DNA of 64,000 bases from Alphaproteobacteria bacterium (GCA_028289425.1 JANQPL010000014.1:196886-260885), one strand, 5' to 3'; counted from the first letter of the stretch, positions 10,090 through 20,376 are shown. The notes: generated by a model not told the origin, from the letters alone. Program-made: numbers and translations.

Positions 10090-10737
10090 ATGACCGATCT
10101 TTCAAGCGCAAATTCTGACGTGACCGACACAACCATGGCCGAAACGGCCAAAAGCATCTCTGACGTGCTCATCGACCTGGCGGAAAGCGCCGACGGCGAG
10201 CGCATCAGTATGGGCACGTTGGTGGACACGCTAGAGGACAGGGCGTTCGGCCTGTTGCTTTTGATCTTCGCGCTGCCCTGCTGCCTGCCCTTTCTGTATG
10301 GGGTGCCTCAAGTGGTGGCTCTGCCCATGCTGTTCATTGCGGGTCAGGTGGCTATCGGCCGTCACCGTCCTTGGCTGCCGGCTTTCCTGCGCAACCGATC
10401 CATCAGCACGGAAAGCTTCCGCGACATGGCGCACCGCGCCAAACGCTATATCGGCTGGTTCGAAAGCATCGCCAAGCCCCGCATGACCTGGCTGTTCAGC
10501 AGCCCCGTCGAGCGTCTACTGGGCTTATTCTTGATCGCCTTTTCGGCGTCTATATTGGTGCCGTTGCCCGGGACGAACACGGTGCCCGGCATTGCCGTGG
10601 CGATCATTTCCATTGGCTTTATGGAAAAGGACAGCCTGCTCATCTTCATCGGCACCATTATCGGCGCCATTTGGGTGAGCCTGCTTGCCACACTGGGCAC
10701 GGGTGCAATCGCCCTTATATTGTCCATGTTCGGTTGA
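10090..10737 (+). CDS. exoD: ExoD-family membrane protein
   Basis: RAFGLLLLIFALP, GRHRPWLPAFL, PLPGTNTVPG, EKD pattern. Confidence 0.85.
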   Translation: MTDLSSANSDVTDTTMAETAKSISDVLIDLAESADGERISMGTLVDTLEDRAFGLLLLIFALPCCLPFLYGVPQVVALPMLFIAGQVAIGRHRPWLPAFLRNRSISTESFRDMAHRAKRYIGWFESIAKPRMTWLFSSPVERLLGLFLIAFSASILVPLPGTNTVPGIAVAIISIGFMEKDSLLIFIGTIIGAIWVSLLATLGTGAIALILSMFG

Positions 10738-10762
10738 TCTTGTTGACAGTATTGGCGCCTGA

Positions 10763-11305
10763 ATGACCACACAGGACACCGCATTTTCCCTCCGCCGTTT
10801 GGGCGACACCACAGTCGACCAAGTGGGCTGGGTGATTTTTGGGGCCTCCGCCGCCACGTTGGCGGGCGCTTACTTCTTCCAATATGTGTTGGATCTGCCG
10901 CCTTGTGAAATGTGCTTGTGGCAACGGCCACCTTATTGGACCGCCATACTTATGGGTGTTTTGGCGGCGACGGCCCATCATGTGCGCCCTTTGCCGCGCA
11001 ATTTTGACCGGTTACTGCTCGGCGTTGCGGCAGCGGTCTTTATGGTGGGTGCCGGCATCGCCTTTTTTCATGTGGGGGTTGAGCAAAAATGGTGGGAAGG
11101 GCCCACCGGCTGTGCGGGCGTTGCGGCGCTACCCGAGTCATTCCAGGATTTCCAAACGGGCCTTGCGGAAGCGAAAGTGGTGCGTTGCGACGAGATACCC
11201 TGGTCCTTTTTGGGTGTCTCCCTGGCAGGATATAATATGTTGATCTCTCTCGCTCTTGCGGCGGTCGCTGCCTGGGGCGTGTTCAAAGCAAAGGAGCCGC
11301 GCTAA
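10763..11305 (+). CDS. dsbB: Disulfide bond formation protein B
   Basis: PCEMCLWQR CxxC, periplasmic Cys pair (GC...RCD), four TM helices. Confidence 0.88.
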   Translation: MTTQDTAFSLRRLGDTTVDQVGWVIFGASAATLAGAYFFQYVLDLPPCEMCLWQRPPYWTAILMGVLAATAHHVRPLPRNFDRLLLGVAAAVFMVGAGIAFFHVGVEQKWWEGPTGCAGVAALPESFQDFQTGLAEAKVVRCDEIPWSFLGVSLAGYNMLISLALAAVAAWGVFKAKEPR

Positions 11306-11339
11306 GAAGCGCGCCGTAAGTAGAGGTGCACGACGCGTC

Positions 11340-11912
11340 ATGCCCGCGTTTAAGGACAACGATCAACCGGAATTACCCGGCCGCCGCGACGACAAAAAAC
11401 GTCTTGAGGAAATGATCCGTGTAGATCATGCAGGCGAGCATGGGGCCGTGCGCATTTATGAAGGGCAGCTTGCCGTGCTTGGCCGCAGGCCGTCCACCCG
11501 AGCGTCCGCCGCCACCATCAAAAAGATGGCAGACCAAGAACAACACCATCTGGACACGTTCAATCGTCTGGTGACGGAACATCGGGTGCGCCCCACCGCG
11601 TTACAGCCGATTTGGGATGTGGCCGGGTTTGCCCTTGGCGCCGCCACCGCATTGATGGGTGAAAAGGCGGCCATGGCGTGCACGGCCGCCGTTGAAGAAG
11701 TGATTGACGAGCATTACGCCGCCCAGGAAAAAGAGCTGGGCGACAAAAACCCGGAATTCAAAAAAGTGGTTTCCAAGTTTCGCGAAGAAGAAATCGAACA
11801 CAAGGAAACCGCTCTTGCCGAAGGTGCCGAGGAGGCGCCGGGTTACCCGATCCTCAGCACCACCATCAAGGCCGGCTGCCGGTTAGCGATACGGCTTTCG
11901 GAGAAAATCTAA
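11340..11912 (+). CDS. coq7: Demethoxyubiquinone hydroxylase (Coq7 di-iron family)
   Basis: IRVDHAGEHGAVRIYEGQ, EQHH, MACTAAVEEVIDEHY, EEIEH. Confidence 0.92.
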   Translation: MPAFKDNDQPELPGRRDDKKRLEEMIRVDHAGEHGAVRIYEGQLAVLGRRPSTRASAATIKKMADQEQHHLDTFNRLVTEHRVRPTALQPIWDVAGFALGAATALMGEKAAMACTAAVEEVIDEHYAAQEKELGDKNPEFKKVVSKFREEEIEHKETALAEGAEEAPGYPILSTTIKAGCRLAIRLSEKI

Positions 11913-11955
11913 AGTTCGGCAACTCGCGAGCGGGACGGTCGAGTCCCAATTTCCA

Positions 11956-12516
11956 TCAAGGCTCGAGTTCGCTGTCCCAATAGAGATAGTCGGCCCAGCT
12001 ATCATGCAGATAGTTCGGCGGGAACAGGCGCCCGTTTTTGTGCAGGTCTTGCACGGTCGGCCGCATGGGGATCGATCCCGGATACATATGGCATTCGTCC
12101 ACCAGCTTGCCGCCTTTGCGCAGATTGCACGGGCTGCAAGCGGTGATCACATTTTCCCATGTGGTCCTACCGCCGCGGGACCGTGGAATCAGATGATCGA
12201 AGGTCAGATCCTCCGGGCTGCCACAATACTGGCAAGCGAACCGGTCACGCAGAAACACATTAAAGCGCGTGAAGGCCGGGTGGCGCGCGGGCCGCACATA
12301 AGCTTTCAGGCTCACCACACTGGGCAGCTTCATTTCAAAGCTGGGCGAGCGTACCACCTCGTCATATTCGGAAACGATGTTGACCCGATCCAAGAACACA
12401 GCCTTGATCGCGTCCTGCCACGACCACAGAGACAAGGGAAAATAGCTCAGCGGCCGGTAGTCCGCATTCAGCACCAATGCGGGGCAACTGTCGGGCGATT
12501 TAAAGGCTGCACGCAT
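11956..12516 (-). CDS. HNH endonuclease (McrA-like, conserved alphaproteobacterial type)
   Basis: LVLNADY, RDRFACQYCG, TFDHLIPRSRGG, WENVITACSPCN. Confidence 0.9.
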   Translation of the reverse strand: MRAAFKSPDSCPALVLNADYRPLSYFPLSLWSWQDAIKAVFLDRVNIVSEYDEVVRSPSFEMKLPSVVSLKAYVRPARHPAFTRFNVFLRDRFACQYCGSPEDLTFDHLIPRSRGGRTTWENVITACSPCNLRKGGKLVDECHMYPGSIPMRPTVQDLHKNGRLFPPNYLHDSWADYLYWDSELEP

Positions 12517-12751
12517 AAATTACTCCATCCGCTGCAGGCCCATCTTGCCAGGATGAGACCTGCCGTTCCCTCATCATCCAAGGCGACACGCCGAAGATCA
12601 AGGCAGCAGACTGTGCGTTTGGTGCTCATCGGCCAGCTGTGCCCGCCTCGCGCCCTTCGCGATCCGCCAGGACTATACTATATACAGTATTACCATCTTA
12701 TGACGGCACCGAATACAGTGGTTTTATGGTGAATCGTTGCGCCGGGACCGG

Positions 12752-13420
12752 TTATGTGGGGAGCGTAAGCCGCCCTTGAAAGGCATCCAGCAGGAATTTT
12801 CCGGCAATGGAAAGGCCGTCCGGACCGATCGAATGACCGATGCCGTTAGAAACATGCCATTGAACGGTTAGCTCAGCGGCGCCTAGCGCGCTGGCTGAGG
12901 AAAACAGCATGGATGGCGGAATCATATCGTCCCGATCCCCGTGAATGAGAAGAATCGGCGGGCGCACAGTTATCTCGCTTAAGCGTTCCGGCAAGGCAAG
13001 CGTGCCGGAAAAGCCGACAATCGCCGCCGGCGCAATTTTGCGGCGCAGACCCACATGCAGGGACAGCATGGTGCCCTGGCTAAACCCCACAAGCGCGAGC
13101 TGGTTGGGGGCAAGACCATGGCGTTCCAGCTCCTCGTCGATGAATTCCTCAAGAAGTGGCGCTGCACTTTCGATGCCCTTGCCCAATTCCTCCGGGTCCA
13201 TGCGCGAGATGGGAAACCACTGATAGCCCATGGGCGACATATCGCACCGTTCGGGCCCGTTAGGCGCAACAAAAGCGGCGGCCGGCAAAATGGGCTGCCA
13301 ATGAGGAGCGAGACCGATCAAATCGTTTCCGTCCGCCCCGTAGCCGTGGCACAGAACAATTAACCGATCAGCCTTGCCCGATTTTGCCGCAAGGCGCGGC
13401 CCCGACAGACGTGACGCCAT
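12752..13420 (-). CDS. Phospholipase/carboxylesterase (alpha/beta hydrolase)
   Basis: HGYG, GFSQG nucleophile elbow, HGDRDDMI, GHSI. Confidence 0.9.
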   Translation of the reverse strand: MASRLSGPRLAAKSGKADRLIVLCHGYGADGNDLIGLAPHWQPILPAAAFVAPNGPERCDMSPMGYQWFPISRMDPEELGKGIESAAPLLEEFIDEELERHGLAPNQLALVGFSQGTMLSLHVGLRRKIAPAAIVGFSGTLALPERLSEITVRPPILLIHGDRDDMIPPSMLFSSASALGAAELTVQWHVSNGIGHSIGPDGLSIAGKFLLDAFQGRLTLPT

Positions 13421-13440
13421 GTTCCCCTCTTTGGTTGCGT

Positions 13441-14097
13441 CTACCGCGCAGGCGGCAGATCCTTTATCTCACGGTAGTACGACCATAAAAGGCGCGCTGC
13501 AACCGCCCGCCAGGGCCGCCAAGGTTCGCCAAGGTCAACCAATTCGTCCGCTGTCGGACGGGTTGGCAGATCGAACAACATCTGTGCCGATATTTGCAGG
13601 CCAATATCCTTGGCCGGCCAAATATCCGGATGGCCCAAACACGACAACAGATAGATGTCGGCGGTCCAATCACCAATGCCCACAATCCGCGTGAGTTCCG
13701 CCCGGGCTTCGGGCTCTTGCAGGCGCCTCAGGCGCTTAAAGTCAAGAGTGCCGTCCTCGATCGCCCGCGCCAGTGCCTTTACGTATCGCACTTTCGGGCG
13801 GCTCAAACCCATGCCCCGCAAGTCTTCATCCGCGAGGGTCAAGACCGTTCTCGGGTCAAATGGTACGATGCCCGCCTCAACACGCTGCCATATCGCCGCG
13901 GCACTGGCGAGCGAGACCTGTTGGTGAACCAAAATCGAAACGAGTGACGCAAATCCTTCTGGCCGCGTGCGCAACGGAACGTCGGAAACAGTTTTGAGCG
14001 CCACCGAAAAGCGCTTGTCTTTGCGCTTCAAGAAGCGCAGCCCTTGGTCCAGATCCTTCTTCGTCTTGATTCGAATGTCTTGGGACGCGCGCGCCAT
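13441..14097 (-). CDS. DNA-3-methyladenine glycosylase II (AlkA/HhH-GPD family)
   Basis: QQVSLASA, GLSRPK, HhH IVGIGDWTA, PAKD, WRPWRAVAA; start at ATG 14097. Confidence 0.88.
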   Translation of the reverse strand: MARASQDIRIKTKKDLDQGLRFLKRKDKRFSVALKTVSDVPLRTRPEGFASLVSILVHQQVSLASAAAIWQRVEAGIVPFDPRTVLTLADEDLRGMGLSRPKVRYVKALARAIEDGTLDFKRLRRLQEPEARAELTRIVGIGDWTADIYLLSCLGHPDIWPAKDIGLQISAQMLFDLPTRPTADELVDLGEPWRPWRAVAARLLWSYYREIKDLPPAR

Positions 14098-14152
14098 AAC
14101 CACCGTGATATAAGAACGTAATGTGCTCGCCTTTACATGCCCGTCTCGCACG

Positions 14153-15022
14153 ATGATCGTCAACGCCCGCACTCGATTCGCGCCAAGCCCGACCGGATTG
14201 CTCCATCTGGGCACCGCGTTTTCTGCGCTGTACGCTTACGACAAGGTGGCCGATGTGGGCGGGCAATTCGTTTTGCGAATCGAAGACATCGATTCCGGCC
14301 GATGCAAACCCGAATACGAAGAAGCCATCCTGCAAGACCTTGATTGGTTGGGCCTGCAATGGGAGGAGCCGGTCGTCCGGCAATCGGAGCATCGCGAAAC
14401 CTACAGGGAAACACTGCGAATACTGGAGACACTAGGGGTCACCTATCCTTGCTTCTGCACGCGCAAAGAAATTCAGGAAGAGGCCGCGAGAAGCTTGCAC
14501 GCCCCCCACGGGCCGGAAGGTATTTTGTATCCCGGCACCTGCCGGTCCCTGTCACCTGAGCAGATAGAGCAACGCCTAGCAACAGGAGACCGCCCGGTCG
14601 TGAGACTTGATCTTGCGCGGGCGCGGACCCTCATCGGCGGCGAGATCTACTTCGAAGAAATTGGGCGGGGGCCGGAGGGCAAAACAGGCACAATCCTATG
14701 TGCGCCGGAGCTGCTGGGCGACATCGTCCTGGCACGGAAAGATATTGGCGTGAGTTATCATCTATGTGTCGTTGCCGACGATGCCCGACAGCAGATCAAT
14801 CTGGTCGCGCGCGGCGAGGATCTGTTTCACGCCACCTCCATTCAGCGGCTGCTGCAAGAACTGCTGGGCTTGCCCGCGCCCACCTACGATCATCACAAAC
14901 TGATTCTGGCCGCCAATGGCCGGCGCCTTTCAAAGCGCGATGAAGATCAATCCATCAGATCCCTGAGAGAAGCAGGCCATTCGGCCCGCGACATCAGGCA
15001 ACAACTCGGGTTTCATTGGTAG
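14153..15022 (+). CDS. gluQ: Glutamyl-Q tRNA(Asp) synthetase
   Basis: TRFAPSPTGLLHLG, LRIEDID, YPCFCTR, YPGTCR, RLSKR; no anticodon-binding domain. Confidence 0.9.
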   Translation: MIVNARTRFAPSPTGLLHLGTAFSALYAYDKVADVGGQFVLRIEDIDSGRCKPEYEEAILQDLDWLGLQWEEPVVRQSEHRETYRETLRILETLGVTYPCFCTRKEIQEEAARSLHAPHGPEGILYPGTCRSLSPEQIEQRLATGDRPVVRLDLARARTLIGGEIYFEEIGRGPEGKTGTILCAPELLGDIVLARKDIGVSYHLCVVADDARQQINLVARGEDLFHATSIQRLLQELLGLPAPTYDHHKLILAANGRRLSKRDEDQSIRSLREAGHSARDIRQQLGFHW

Positions 15023-15032
15023 GTCTGTCCGC

Positions 15033-15704
15033 CTACCAATCATTCAGGCCAATAAACGTCCTGAACCCGGCGGCAATCGACCAATTGCGCCATTCCGCAC
15101 GCAACCGTTTGGTCGTGTTGGGATTGTCGACCCCCTGACCCAGCCCGAGGATTTGAAGCTCGTCGCAGCGGGCAAACAGCTTGTCCTCTGGCATGGGCAG
15201 CTGGGCGCCGCTGTCGATCAAGCGGACATATTGGGAATCTTCAACGCCATCCGACGCCAAGATGATGCGGGTAGACGTATCGCGGCAGTTCACGATTTCC
15301 GCCATGTTTTCCAGGAACGGTACGATGTTCGTGCGGTTGTGAACCCTAAGCGTGCCGTTATCCACCAATGTGGGAACGCCGGCGACAATCCCTTTCACCA
15401 AGCGGGCCACATCTTCGGCCCTGTCCTTGGTGCTGATCACCCGGTCCAGGCGCAGATTGTTGCCGCTGCCACCATAATTGCCCAGGGTGCGCAGGGTGAG
15501 CTTGCCTTTGATGGGCAAGTCTTCCACGTAAGGCGCAATGCGATCCGCGATTTTCGCAGCGTAAGCCGGATTGGCGACAAGCGGGTTACTGCTGCTCAGG
15601 TCAAGTCCGATCACCAGATGGGCCGGGGTTTCTTGAGCAACGGCGACCGACGATACTGCAAACCCCAGAAGGCCTGCCGCGATCCATCGCGTAATCCAGT
15701 TCAT
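15033..15704 (-). CDS. Exported protein with vWA/MIDAS-like motifs
   Basis: Signal peptide (WIAAGLLGFAVSSVAVA), LVIGLDLSSS (DxSxS), conserved T in RTNI, IILASDG. Alternative start at 15719. Confidence 0.6.
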   Translation of the reverse strand: MNWITRWIAAGLLGFAVSSVAVAQETPAHLVIGLDLSSSNPLVANPAYAAKIADRIAPYVEDLPIKGKLTLRTLGNYGGSGNNLRLDRVISTKDRAEDVARLVKGIVAGVPTLVDNGTLRVHNRTNIVPFLENMAEIVNCRDTSTRIILASDGVEDSQYVRLIDSGAQLPMPEDKLFARCDELQILGLGQGVDNPNTTKRLRAEWRNWSIAAGFRTFIGLNDW

Positions 15705-15722
15705 GGCGCCTTTCCGCATGAC

Positions 15723-17192
15723 TTACACCTCACCGTCGTTATCGTCCCGGCGGCCGGAAACAATTTGGAAGCCGTTGCCGTTGTCCGCACGGCGCTGTTG
15801 ACGGTCGCTCCGGCGCACATGCTTCTCGCCTTCATTGGCCATCTCCTTCAGCGAGCGCCGCTTCAATGCACACCAGCTTTCTAAGACGCGACGATAGATA
15901 CCGTCGAGATTCGGATGGGCCTTGTGGCCACCCCCGGCGGCACCATCGGCATATTGGGTGATTTGATGGCCCAGATAGCGGCGGAGATATTGTTCGCGCA
16001 CCGGTGCACGCACGATTTCCTTCAGAAACTGATCGTGCACGTGGAACTCGGATTCAAGCTGGCGCAGCTTGTACCGCTGTTGCCGGCGCGTTTCCTCGTT
16101 CTCGAGTTTGACGAGGCGCGAGAACTGACTTGCGGCTGAGTGGAGTGCGAGCGCGCCAACGGAGGTCACCACCAAAAAGATCGACATGTACCAGATGTCC
16201 CAGGAATAGGCTTGGAACCAGCCCAACACATCCGGCCACCAACCTTCCCGTGCGGGCGCGAGCGAAGCGGCCGTCACTTCGGCACCATTCTCGGCGCCGT
16301 CGCCGGCCGATGCCAGACCCAGAGCGGCAAGCGTTTCGTCAACAGACGCGGATGATTCCTGCCCCGCTGATGCGGCATCCGTGCGCGGCGTGCTTTGGCC
16401 GCTGAGAACTCCGATGCTGATCAGCAAGAACACTGTCACCACGGCCAAGCCCGATATGAACACACCACGTCCAAAATGGGTCATGCGAGACACCAGGAAA
16501 TGAAGGGCAAGCGCCGCGAAAATCACCTGAAGGGATTTGGACCACAGGCTTGAGACCAATGCAGGCGGAACCTCGAGGAACTCGTTCATCAAGGCTCTGG
16601 TCCAAAACTCAGACAGAATGGCGTAGTCGGCGAAAAGGGCGCCCGCAAACACGACGACCGACGCCAGCGCGCCCAAGGCCAGAGCGAGCTTGCCGGAAAA
16701 CCGATTGGTTTCGGCCAGATGTGCATTGACGACGCGACGGGTGTCGCTGTCGATCAGAGTCTCGCTGCGGTTCCAGCGGATGCGGTTTTCCGGCCCCATG
16801 ATGGCGGCCACCATGTCGCGGAAGCGGCTGCGTACCAGGTCGCGCTGCGCCCGGCGCATGCAAACTGCTTCGGTAATACGCGAGTCATATTCATCGAGAC
16901 GCGCTATCAGATAATCATCGGAAAGCGGGCGGCCGTCCTGACCCATGCGGTAGGAAAGATCATCCGCGACGGGAACTTTCTTTCCCTCTTCGTCGACGGT
17001 CGTAATCGGCGCCCATTCTTCGATGTCGTTAAAATCGCGCAGATGGTAGCGGGAACGCCGCTGGCGCCGCTCTCGTTTCTCGTCTTCCGTGTCGAAGCGG
17101 CCATCGACGATGTCTTGATCGTCTTGTCCCGGCGGACCGGTTTCTGGCCGAAGCTGTTCGACAGTTCCAAGTCGCGGCGCAAATTGTACCAT
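15723..17192 (-). CDS. Uncharacterised multi-pass membrane protein with charged/coiled cytoplasmic ends
   Basis: 489-aa ORF with GGAGG RBS before ATG 17192 and about four hydrophobic helices; stop lies 3-18 nt before the next gene. Confidence 0.7.
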   Translation of the reverse strand: MVQFAPRLGTVEQLRPETGPPGQDDQDIVDGRFDTEDEKRERRQRRSRYHLRDFNDIEEWAPITTVDEEGKKVPVADDLSYRMGQDGRPLSDDYLIARLDEYDSRITEAVCMRRAQRDLVRSRFRDMVAAIMGPENRIRWNRSETLIDSDTRRVVNAHLAETNRFSGKLALALGALASVVVFAGALFADYAILSEFWTRALMNEFLEVPPALVSSLWSKSLQVIFAALALHFLVSRMTHFGRGVFISGLAVVTVFLLISIGVLSGQSTPRTDAASAGQESSASVDETLAALGLASAGDGAENGAEVTAASLAPAREGWWPDVLGWFQAYSWDIWYMSIFLVVTSVGALALHSAASQFSRLVKLENEETRRQQRYKLRQLESEFHVHDQFLKEIVRAPVREQYLRRYLGHQITQYADGAAGGGHKAHPNLDGIYRRVLESWCALKRRSLKEMANEGEKHVRRSDRQQRRADNGNGFQIVSGRRDDNDGEV

Positions 17193-17347
17193 TTTGTCCT
17201 CCATTCCCACGATCACCGCCCTGACCGACAGGCTCAAAAGGCCCTGCTGGCGTAGGTCCGGTAACCGCAGATTTTCCCGTTACCCTCAATGCCCCCGTTT
17301 TTGGGCGGCTGTTATATCGACCCTAGCCAAAGGGCCGTTTGTATATC

Positions 17348-17395
17348 TGTGACCGTCGTCACAGGACTCGAATTGCCGATGTGATCATCATCACA
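17348..17395. promoter_or_regulatory. Two perfect CRP-type boxes (TGTGA-N6-TCACA)
   Basis: TGTGACCGTCGTCACA (17348-17363) and TGTGATCATCATCACA (17380-17395), 32 bp apart. Confidence 0.7.
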
Positions 17396-17683
17396 AACAG
17401 CGGGTTTTGACCCCGAACAATTCAGCAATTCTCAGGTTTTGTGACGGCGGTCGCCTTGAAAAATGAACCTCACATGAACGGCGCGAAGGCAGCCCCCTGA
17501 CGCCGAATGATTTCTGATTATTTGTACGCTTGAACACAATGAATCATGATCGCCACCAAACCGGCAACCGGACCAGTTGGGCGTCGATCATGAGGATAGG
17601 GTTGCTTAACTATACCTGTTACGTCACAACGCGGGAGTCCGATTTGTTAAAAACATACTCATTACCTAGATGACTCAGATGAC

Positions 17684-19306
17684 ATGATGGTGAATGCTTC
17701 ATTAGACGCGGCCTGCGCCGAAGCGCTCTCGGCCGCCGATGGCTATTTTGCATCCGCGCGGGTCGCGATCGCACCGGAAGCCGCCCGAGGGCGAGAGGGC
17801 CAATATGCCTGCCACGGCCTCGCGTGGATTGCCACCACCGTGGAGGCCATGCGCCAGACCTTCCAGTGGGCAGCCCGCCTTCAGCAACAAGACCGCCTGG
17901 GCGAACTTGAATGCCGCATGGCCCACGCCGTTTTCGGCGAGTATCTGGCACAGCTCTGCGGCGGACTGCCCATGAGCCAGGGAGAGATACTGCGCCCGCA
18001 AGACCTGGGGGCAGCGAAGGCGGCCGGCGTCTTGGCCGGCAATTCATCCGTTCAACGCCTTATGGAAATCGGAAGTTCTACCGAGAATAGGGCGCGGATC
18101 GCTGAGCTCATTGCCGATGGCCAAGAAGCGGCCGACGGACTCGATGAAACACTCTCGCTGGTGCGCGATCAGTTTCAGCGGTTTGCCCGTGAAAGGGTGA
18201 CGCCTTTCGCCCATGATTGGCATCTGAAGGACGAGCTCATCCCCGACAGCGTCGTTGGCGAAATGGCACAGTTGGGTGTCTTCGGACTAACCGTCCCGGA
18301 AGAATTCGGCGGTCACGGCATGGGTAAGACCGCCATGTGCGTGGTCTCGGAAGAGCTGAGCCGTGGTTATATCGGCGTCGGTTCGCTCGGCACACGGTCG
18401 GAGATTGCGGCGGAATTGGTTCTCGCCAACGGCACCGACGAACAAAAGAAGACATTGCTGCCTAAACTGGCATCGGGAGAAATCCTGCCAACAGCCGTCT
18501 TCACGGAACCCAACACCGGCTCCGATCTGGCATCGCTTTCCACGCGGGCGATCAAAGAAGACGGAAGCTACAAGATTGTCGGCAACAAGACGTGGATTAC
18601 TCATGCGGCCCGCACGGACCTGATGACCTTGCTGGCGCGGACGGACACGTCGCAACCGGGGCATAAAGGCTTGTCCATGTTCCTTGCGGAGAAACCGCGC
18701 GGCACTACCGACGACCCTTTTCCGGCGACTGGCATGACTGGCGGTGAAATCGGCGTGCTCGGTTATCGCGGCATGAAGGAGTATGAGCTGGCGTTTGACG
18801 GGTTCGAGGTGCCGGAAAGCGCCTTGCTCGGTGGTGAAGAAGGCCAAGGGTTCAAGCAGCTCATGCAAACCTTCGAAAGTGCACGCATCCAAACGGCTGC
18901 GCGCGCCATTGGGGTTGCGCAAAACGCTTTGGATCTGGCGCTTGCCTATGCGGAAGAGCGCCAGCAATTCGGCAGGTCGATCTTTGAGTTTCCGCGGGTC
19001 GCGAACAAAATCGTCATGATGGCCGTGGAAATCTTAGCGGCACGGCAGCTCAGCTATTTTGCGGCTCGGGCCAAAGACGAAGGCCGCCGCTGCGACATGG
19101 AAGCCGGCATGGCCAAACTTTTGGCCGCACGGGTGGCGTGGGCCGCCGCCGACAATGCGGTGCAGATTCACGGCGGTAATGGATTTGCCTTGGAATATCC
19201 CGTGAGCCGAGTGCTGTGTGACGCACGCATCCTCAACATTTTTGAAGGGGCTGCTGAAATCCAGGCGGAAGTGATCGCACGACGGCTCTTGGAACGCAGC
19301 AATTAG
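17684..19306 (+). CDS. mcd: Acyl-CoA dehydrogenase, probably (2S)-methylsuccinyl-CoA dehydrogenase (ethylmalonyl-CoA pathway)
   Basis: 540-aa ACAD with the N-terminal extension HGLAWIAT, GSLGTRSEI, FTEPNTGSDL, GYRGMKEYEL, FEGAAEIQA as in Mcd. Confidence 0.8.
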   Translation: MMVNASLDAACAEALSAADGYFASARVAIAPEAARGREGQYACHGLAWIATTVEAMRQTFQWAARLQQQDRLGELECRMAHAVFGEYLAQLCGGLPMSQGEILRPQDLGAAKAAGVLAGNSSVQRLMEIGSSTENRARIAELIADGQEAADGLDETLSLVRDQFQRFARERVTPFAHDWHLKDELIPDSVVGEMAQLGVFGLTVPEEFGGHGMGKTAMCVVSEELSRGYIGVGSLGTRSEIAAELVLANGTDEQKKTLLPKLASGEILPTAVFTEPNTGSDLASLSTRAIKEDGSYKIVGNKTWITHAARTDLMTLLARTDTSQPGHKGLSMFLAEKPRGTTDDPFPATGMTGGEIGVLGYRGMKEYELAFDGFEVPESALLGGEEGQGFKQLMQTFESARIQTAARAIGVAQNALDLALAYAEERQQFGRSIFEFPRVANKIVMMAVEILAARQLSYFAARAKDEGRRCDMEAGMAKLLAARVAWAAADNAVQIHGGNGFALEYPVSRVLCDARILNIFEGAAEIQAEVIARRLLERSN

Positions 19307-19671
19307 ACAATTTCTGGCCTATCAGGACACTCATCAAGATTGCTCAGGTTATTTTCGGTCGAGTTGTCTCTTCTTGTCCAAATGTGCTTTTCACCATCAA
19401 TTTCTCTGACATACACTTCGGCGCGGATTCCATTCACTTCTGTGTAGTAGCTGACAAGGCCTTTCTCTATTGCTTCCACAGCATCTGGCTCGTCAACCCA
19501 AACCCAATCGGGCGGATCGTAGCAAAACCCGACAACTTCCCCGTCCGCATCGGTGATCGACCGGATAACATGGATCTGTTCAAGAGAATGGGCTGGGCTG
19601 ATTGGAGCACTTGTCAGCCAAGCAAATAACAGCGCAGCAATTGGCCACGCTCGGACAAAATGCACCAACAT
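19303..19671 (-). CDS. DUF3892-like protein with signal peptide
   Basis: C-terminal HIWTRRDNSTENNLSNLDEC matches the DUF3892 pattern; N-terminal signal peptide ending PAHS. Confidence 0.65.
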   Translation of the reverse strand: MLVHFVRAWPIAALLFAWLTSAPISPAHSLEQIHVIRSITDADGEVVGFCYDPPDWVWVDEPDAVEAIEKGLVSYYTEVNGIRAEVYVREIDGEKHIWTRRDNSTENNLSNLDECPDRPEIV

Positions 19672-19801
19672 CCAGTCCTCATGCGAAATCGTGCCGCCAA
19701 CTACTTTTCAATTGAATTCCTCTGATTTGACATTGATTTATTGATTTTGGCAACGGCACAGTTGATATTAACACCGTTAAGATTGTTATGGAGACCAGGC
19801 C

Positions 19802-20329
19802 ATGGAAACACTTCATCCGCCACCGGGCGTCCCGATCCCGCAACGCGTGACGGCAAGAGTGGGGCGAAAAGAGCTGGCTGTCTTTTTGATCGGGTTCCGC
19901 ATCAACAAACTCTGGAAAGTCCATAAATGGCTGCCGGTCGCCCGGGCAATGGGACGTATGCTGAAGGAATTAGAAACTGCGAAGGAGAGCGGCCTACGCC
20001 ATGTGGAAGCTTGGCCTGGGCGCACGTCGATACTGGTTCAATATTGGGATTCCTATGAGGCGATACAGGATTACGCCGTCGACAAGTCGAAGGAACATAT
20101 CCCCGCCTGGAATGATTTCAATAAGGCCGTCGGATCCAATGGCGATGTGGGCATATGGCATGAAACCTATCGGGTTCATGCCGGTGACTTCGAATGCGTC
20201 TACAACAACATGCCGCCTTTTGGGCTGGCCGCCGCTTATGACATGATCCCCGCGGAAGGCCTGTACGCGCGGGCTGAATCGCGGATGGACAAGTCGAAAG
20301 AGGATGCCCCGACAATCGCCGCCCATTAA
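19802..20329 (+). CDS. DUF4188 family (putative heme dehydratase/monooxygenase-like) protein
   Basis: VFLIGFRIN, VQYW, H-x-PAW, VGIWHETY, ECVYNNMPPFGL. Confidence 0.8.
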   Translation: METLHPPPGVPIPQRVTARVGRKELAVFLIGFRINKLWKVHKWLPVARAMGRMLKELETAKESGLRHVEAWPGRTSILVQYWDSYEAIQDYAVDKSKEHIPAWNDFNKAVGSNGDVGIWHETYRVHAGDFECVYNNMPPFGLAAAYDMIPAEGLYARAESRMDKSKEDAPTIAAH

Positions 20330-20376
20330 GAAGATCGCAAAATCGAATTCGACGCTACTTAGGTGAGAGCACAATC

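Noticed and set aside
11956-12516. HNH gene as a homing endonuclease or defence nuclease
   Set aside because: Host-like composition, housekeeping context, and no intron/intein or mobile flanks.
12672-12691. GACTATACTATATACAGTAT resembling a gammaproteobacterial LexA box
   Set aside because: Spacing is N9 rather than CTG-N10-CAG, the left arm is mismatched, and this lineage uses GTTC-N7-GTTC.
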